Made by a program: the position numbers and the translations under genes. 64,000 nucleotides of DNA from a virus: positions 4,754 through 68,753 of IMG/VR virus record IMGVR_UViG_3300049847_000321. The stretch is one strand, 5' to 3'. The notes under the pieces are model-generated. The model was not told the DNA's origin, did not search any database, and saw nothing but the letters and a program-made list of their open reading frames with translations. Position 1 is the stretch's first letter. Each line of letters begins with the position of its first letter. Below, in pieces: positions 62,070 to 64,000 of this stretch.

Positions 62070-63459
62070 GAAAAAGGATAATTCAGCCGAAAGGTTGATT
62101 CTCACTGGCATGATCGTTGATCGTGACGTGATCGGTAGAATTGCGCCGCGTTGGCAGTCAGACATGTTCCAATCAAAATGGAGCAATATCATAGGCGGAT
62201 GGTGTATTCACTACTTCAACCGCTATGGCAAAGCACCTAAGAAAAACATCGAACGGCTGTTTCATACCTGGGCATCGACTAACCAAGATAAGAACACGAT
62301 CAAGCTGATTGAAAGATACCTTGAACAATTGTCAGGTGAATACGAACGTCGCGCCAAAGATTCCAATTCTCAATACATTTTAGATCAAGCAGGTGAATAC
62401 TTTAACAAGGTGAAATTGTTGAAACTAGCGGAGACCATTCAGTCTGAAATTGACCTGGGCAGGCTTGATAAGGCAGCGAAAGCACGCGAGTCCTTCGGCC
62501 AGATTGAACTTGGTTCAGGGCAGGGCGTCAACGTCTTGCAAGACGATGCAGCATGGGAGCAATCGTTTCAGAGCAAGTCCGAGTCGCTTGTAGAGTATCC
62601 TCATGCCCTTAAGAATTTCTTCGGAGATGCTTTAGAGCGTGATGGGTTTATTGCTTTCATGGGTGAAGAAAAACGCGGCAAGACTTGGTGGCTTTTAGAT
62701 ATTGCCTGGAGAGCGATGATGCAGCATAAGAAGGTTGCATTCTTTGAAGTAGGTGACCTGAGTCAGAATCAGATTATGCGAAGGTTTGGAATTCGTGCGG
62801 CAGGTCGGCCACTGAAGCCAGGAATCATTAAGATACCTCGATTGATGGAGCCTGAAGGTGATGAATGTTCTGTTGACTTCGAGGAACGTGAGTTCAGGAA
62901 ACCTTTGTCTGAAAAGTCGTTGCGGCTGGCTCGGTCTGCTATTATGACCGAAAAGCTAAAGACAAAAAGACCGTTGCTCAAGTTGTTCACGTACCCAAAT
63001 TGTTCTATTAGTGCTGCAGGTATTGAGTCAGTAATCCAAAGCCTTGAGTCGCAAGAATGGATTCCTGATTTGATTGTGATTGATTATGCCGATATTCTGG
63101 CACCGATGGCAGGCTATGAAGGTCGTGATGCTATCAATGCTAATTGGATGAAAATGCGGGCAATTTCTCAGACCTATCACTGTTTATTGGTGACAGCGAC
63201 CCAAGCAAATGCGAAGTCATACGAAACAAGGACATTGACCAAAGCTAACTTTTCAGAAGACCATCGCAAGTTTGCACATGTTACAGGTATGATCGGATTG
63301 AGTCAAAGTGACACCGAAAAAATTAAGCAGATTATAAGGTTGAATTGGCTTGTGCTTCGAGAAGGTGAATTTGTTGCTACTAAGTGTGTGCATGTTGCTG
63401 GTTGTTTGGGCATAGCGAATCCGGCCATTCGTAGTATCTTCATCGAAGGTGGGGAATAA
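62059..63459 (+). CDS. dnaB: Replicative DnaB-like helicase
   Basis: Walker A GEEKRGKT, LIVIDYADIL, VTATQAN, FSED..K..HV. Confidence 0.88.
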   Translation: MKVEKKDNSAERLILTGMIVDRDVIGRIAPRWQSDMFQSKWSNIIGGWCIHYFNRYGKAPKKNIERLFHTWASTNQDKNTIKLIERYLEQLSGEYERRAKDSNSQYILDQAGEYFNKVKLLKLAETIQSEIDLGRLDKAAKARESFGQIELGSGQGVNVLQDDAAWEQSFQSKSESLVEYPHALKNFFGDALERDGFIAFMGEEKRGKTWWLLDIAWRAMMQHKKVAFFEVGDLSQNQIMRRFGIRAAGRPLKPGIIKIPRLMEPEGDECSVDFEEREFRKPLSEKSLRLARSAIMTEKLKTKRPLLKLFTYPNCSISAAGIESVIQSLESQEWIPDLIVIDYADILAPMAGYEGRDAINANWMKMRAISQTYHCLLVTATQANAKSYETRTLTKANFSEDHRKFAHVTGMIGLSQSDTEKIKQIIRLNWLVLREGEFVATKCVHVAGCLGIANPAIRSIFIEGGE

Positions 63460-63593
63460 TCAATAGTGTACAAATGTATGGTTATTTTTTCAGATTGGCG
63501 AAATTGAGTAGACGACACCTACTGTTTTAGTAGCATAGCTATTGCCGATAGTCTGCGCGTTGCAGACAGGCAAAATTCAGAAACCTGAGAGGC

Positions 63594-63845
63594 ATGAGAA
63601 CCATGGCAGCTAAGAAAGTTAAGAGTTTCCCAGATAAAAACCTTGATAAAGCTGTGAAGGCTTTAGCCAAGGCATCCAACAAATTGTCCGCCCACGCCGA
63701 AAATACCGGCGATGACTTGTCCAGAGTTGCGGGGCAAGTGGCCGCTCAATTGAGCAATAGTCTCACGTTCCGCTATTACTACAATTCAAAAGCGTACCCT
63801 TTAACAGAACATGCAAAGGCTTACGATAAGGAATTATCCAAATAA
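63594..63845 (+). CDS. Hypothetical protein
   Basis: Co-oriented ORF; start may be ATG 63603. Confidence 0.5.
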   Translation: MRTMAAKKVKSFPDKNLDKAVKALAKASNKLSAHAENTGDDLSRVAGQVAAQLSNSLTFRYYYNSKAYPLTEHAKAYDKELSK

Positions 63846-63869
63846 GTATATCGCTAAAGGAGTACAGCG

Positions 63870-64000
63870 ATGAAACCTTTGCCGACAAAACTGCGCAAAC
63901 GTGTTTATGCCACCAAGCGAATTGATCGTGACCGCAAATCAGTTAATCCGAAATCGCGTGTTGTCAATCGCACAACCAAAAATAAGTTGTACTGGCAACC
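63870..64000 (+). CDS. Partial ORF running off the window end
   Basis: AAGGAG SD, ATG 63870, no stop before the window end. Confidence 0.5.
   Translation, partial: MKPLPTKLRKRVYATKRIDRDRKSVNPKSRVVNRTTKNKLYWQ

Noticed and set aside
63490-63580. tRNA gene
   Set aside because: A D-arm-like motif is present, but there is no TTC T-loop, no canonical 7-nt anticodon loop and no acceptor stem.
1-64000. Prophage or temperate lifestyle
   Set aside because: No integrase, att-linked tRNA or host genes were seen. Two XRE genes alone are insufficient, and the rest of the genome is not visible.

Overview
The whole window reads as a tailed dsDNA bacteriophage genome (siphovirus-like, possibly most of a circularly permuted genome); no integrase or host genes are visible. 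Layout: 1-10.6 kb (+) replication/recombination genes (clamp-loader ATPase, UvsY-like, gp32-like SSB, RecA-like, 5'-3' exonuclease, RuvC-like, CsrA-like, fragmented Rad50 plus Mre11). 10.6-39.4 kb (-) glycosyltransferase-like genes, tail, head, secreted/membrane genes with a papain-like protease, and portal. 39.6-48 kb accessory genes and repeat-rich non-coding DNA. 48.1-50.4 kb (-) terminase. 50.6-64 kb (+) NusG paralog, sigma-like factor, SNF2 helicase, primase, lambda-O-like initiator and DnaB-like helicase. The main unexplained signal is a family of six dispersed, near-identical gene cassettes. Each has a 60-aa head, 4-14 copies of an 11-aa (33-bp) repeat that varies mainly at three codons, and a 22-24-aa tail. 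Five of the six are bounded by an imperfect direct repeat (AAGGARACYRAGYRATG) that serves as Shine-Dalgarno and start codon (and stop codon at the 3' end); copy 1 shares only AAGGA at its right end. Other notable items: a Rad50 apparently split into three ORFs around Mre11, a perfect 24-bp inverted repeat that could flip a protein tail, a roughly 400-nt structured leader alongside a phage NusG paralog, a -1 frameshift in the tail chaperone, and no recognisable endolysin. All annotation comes from motif recognition by eye; no database searches were run.
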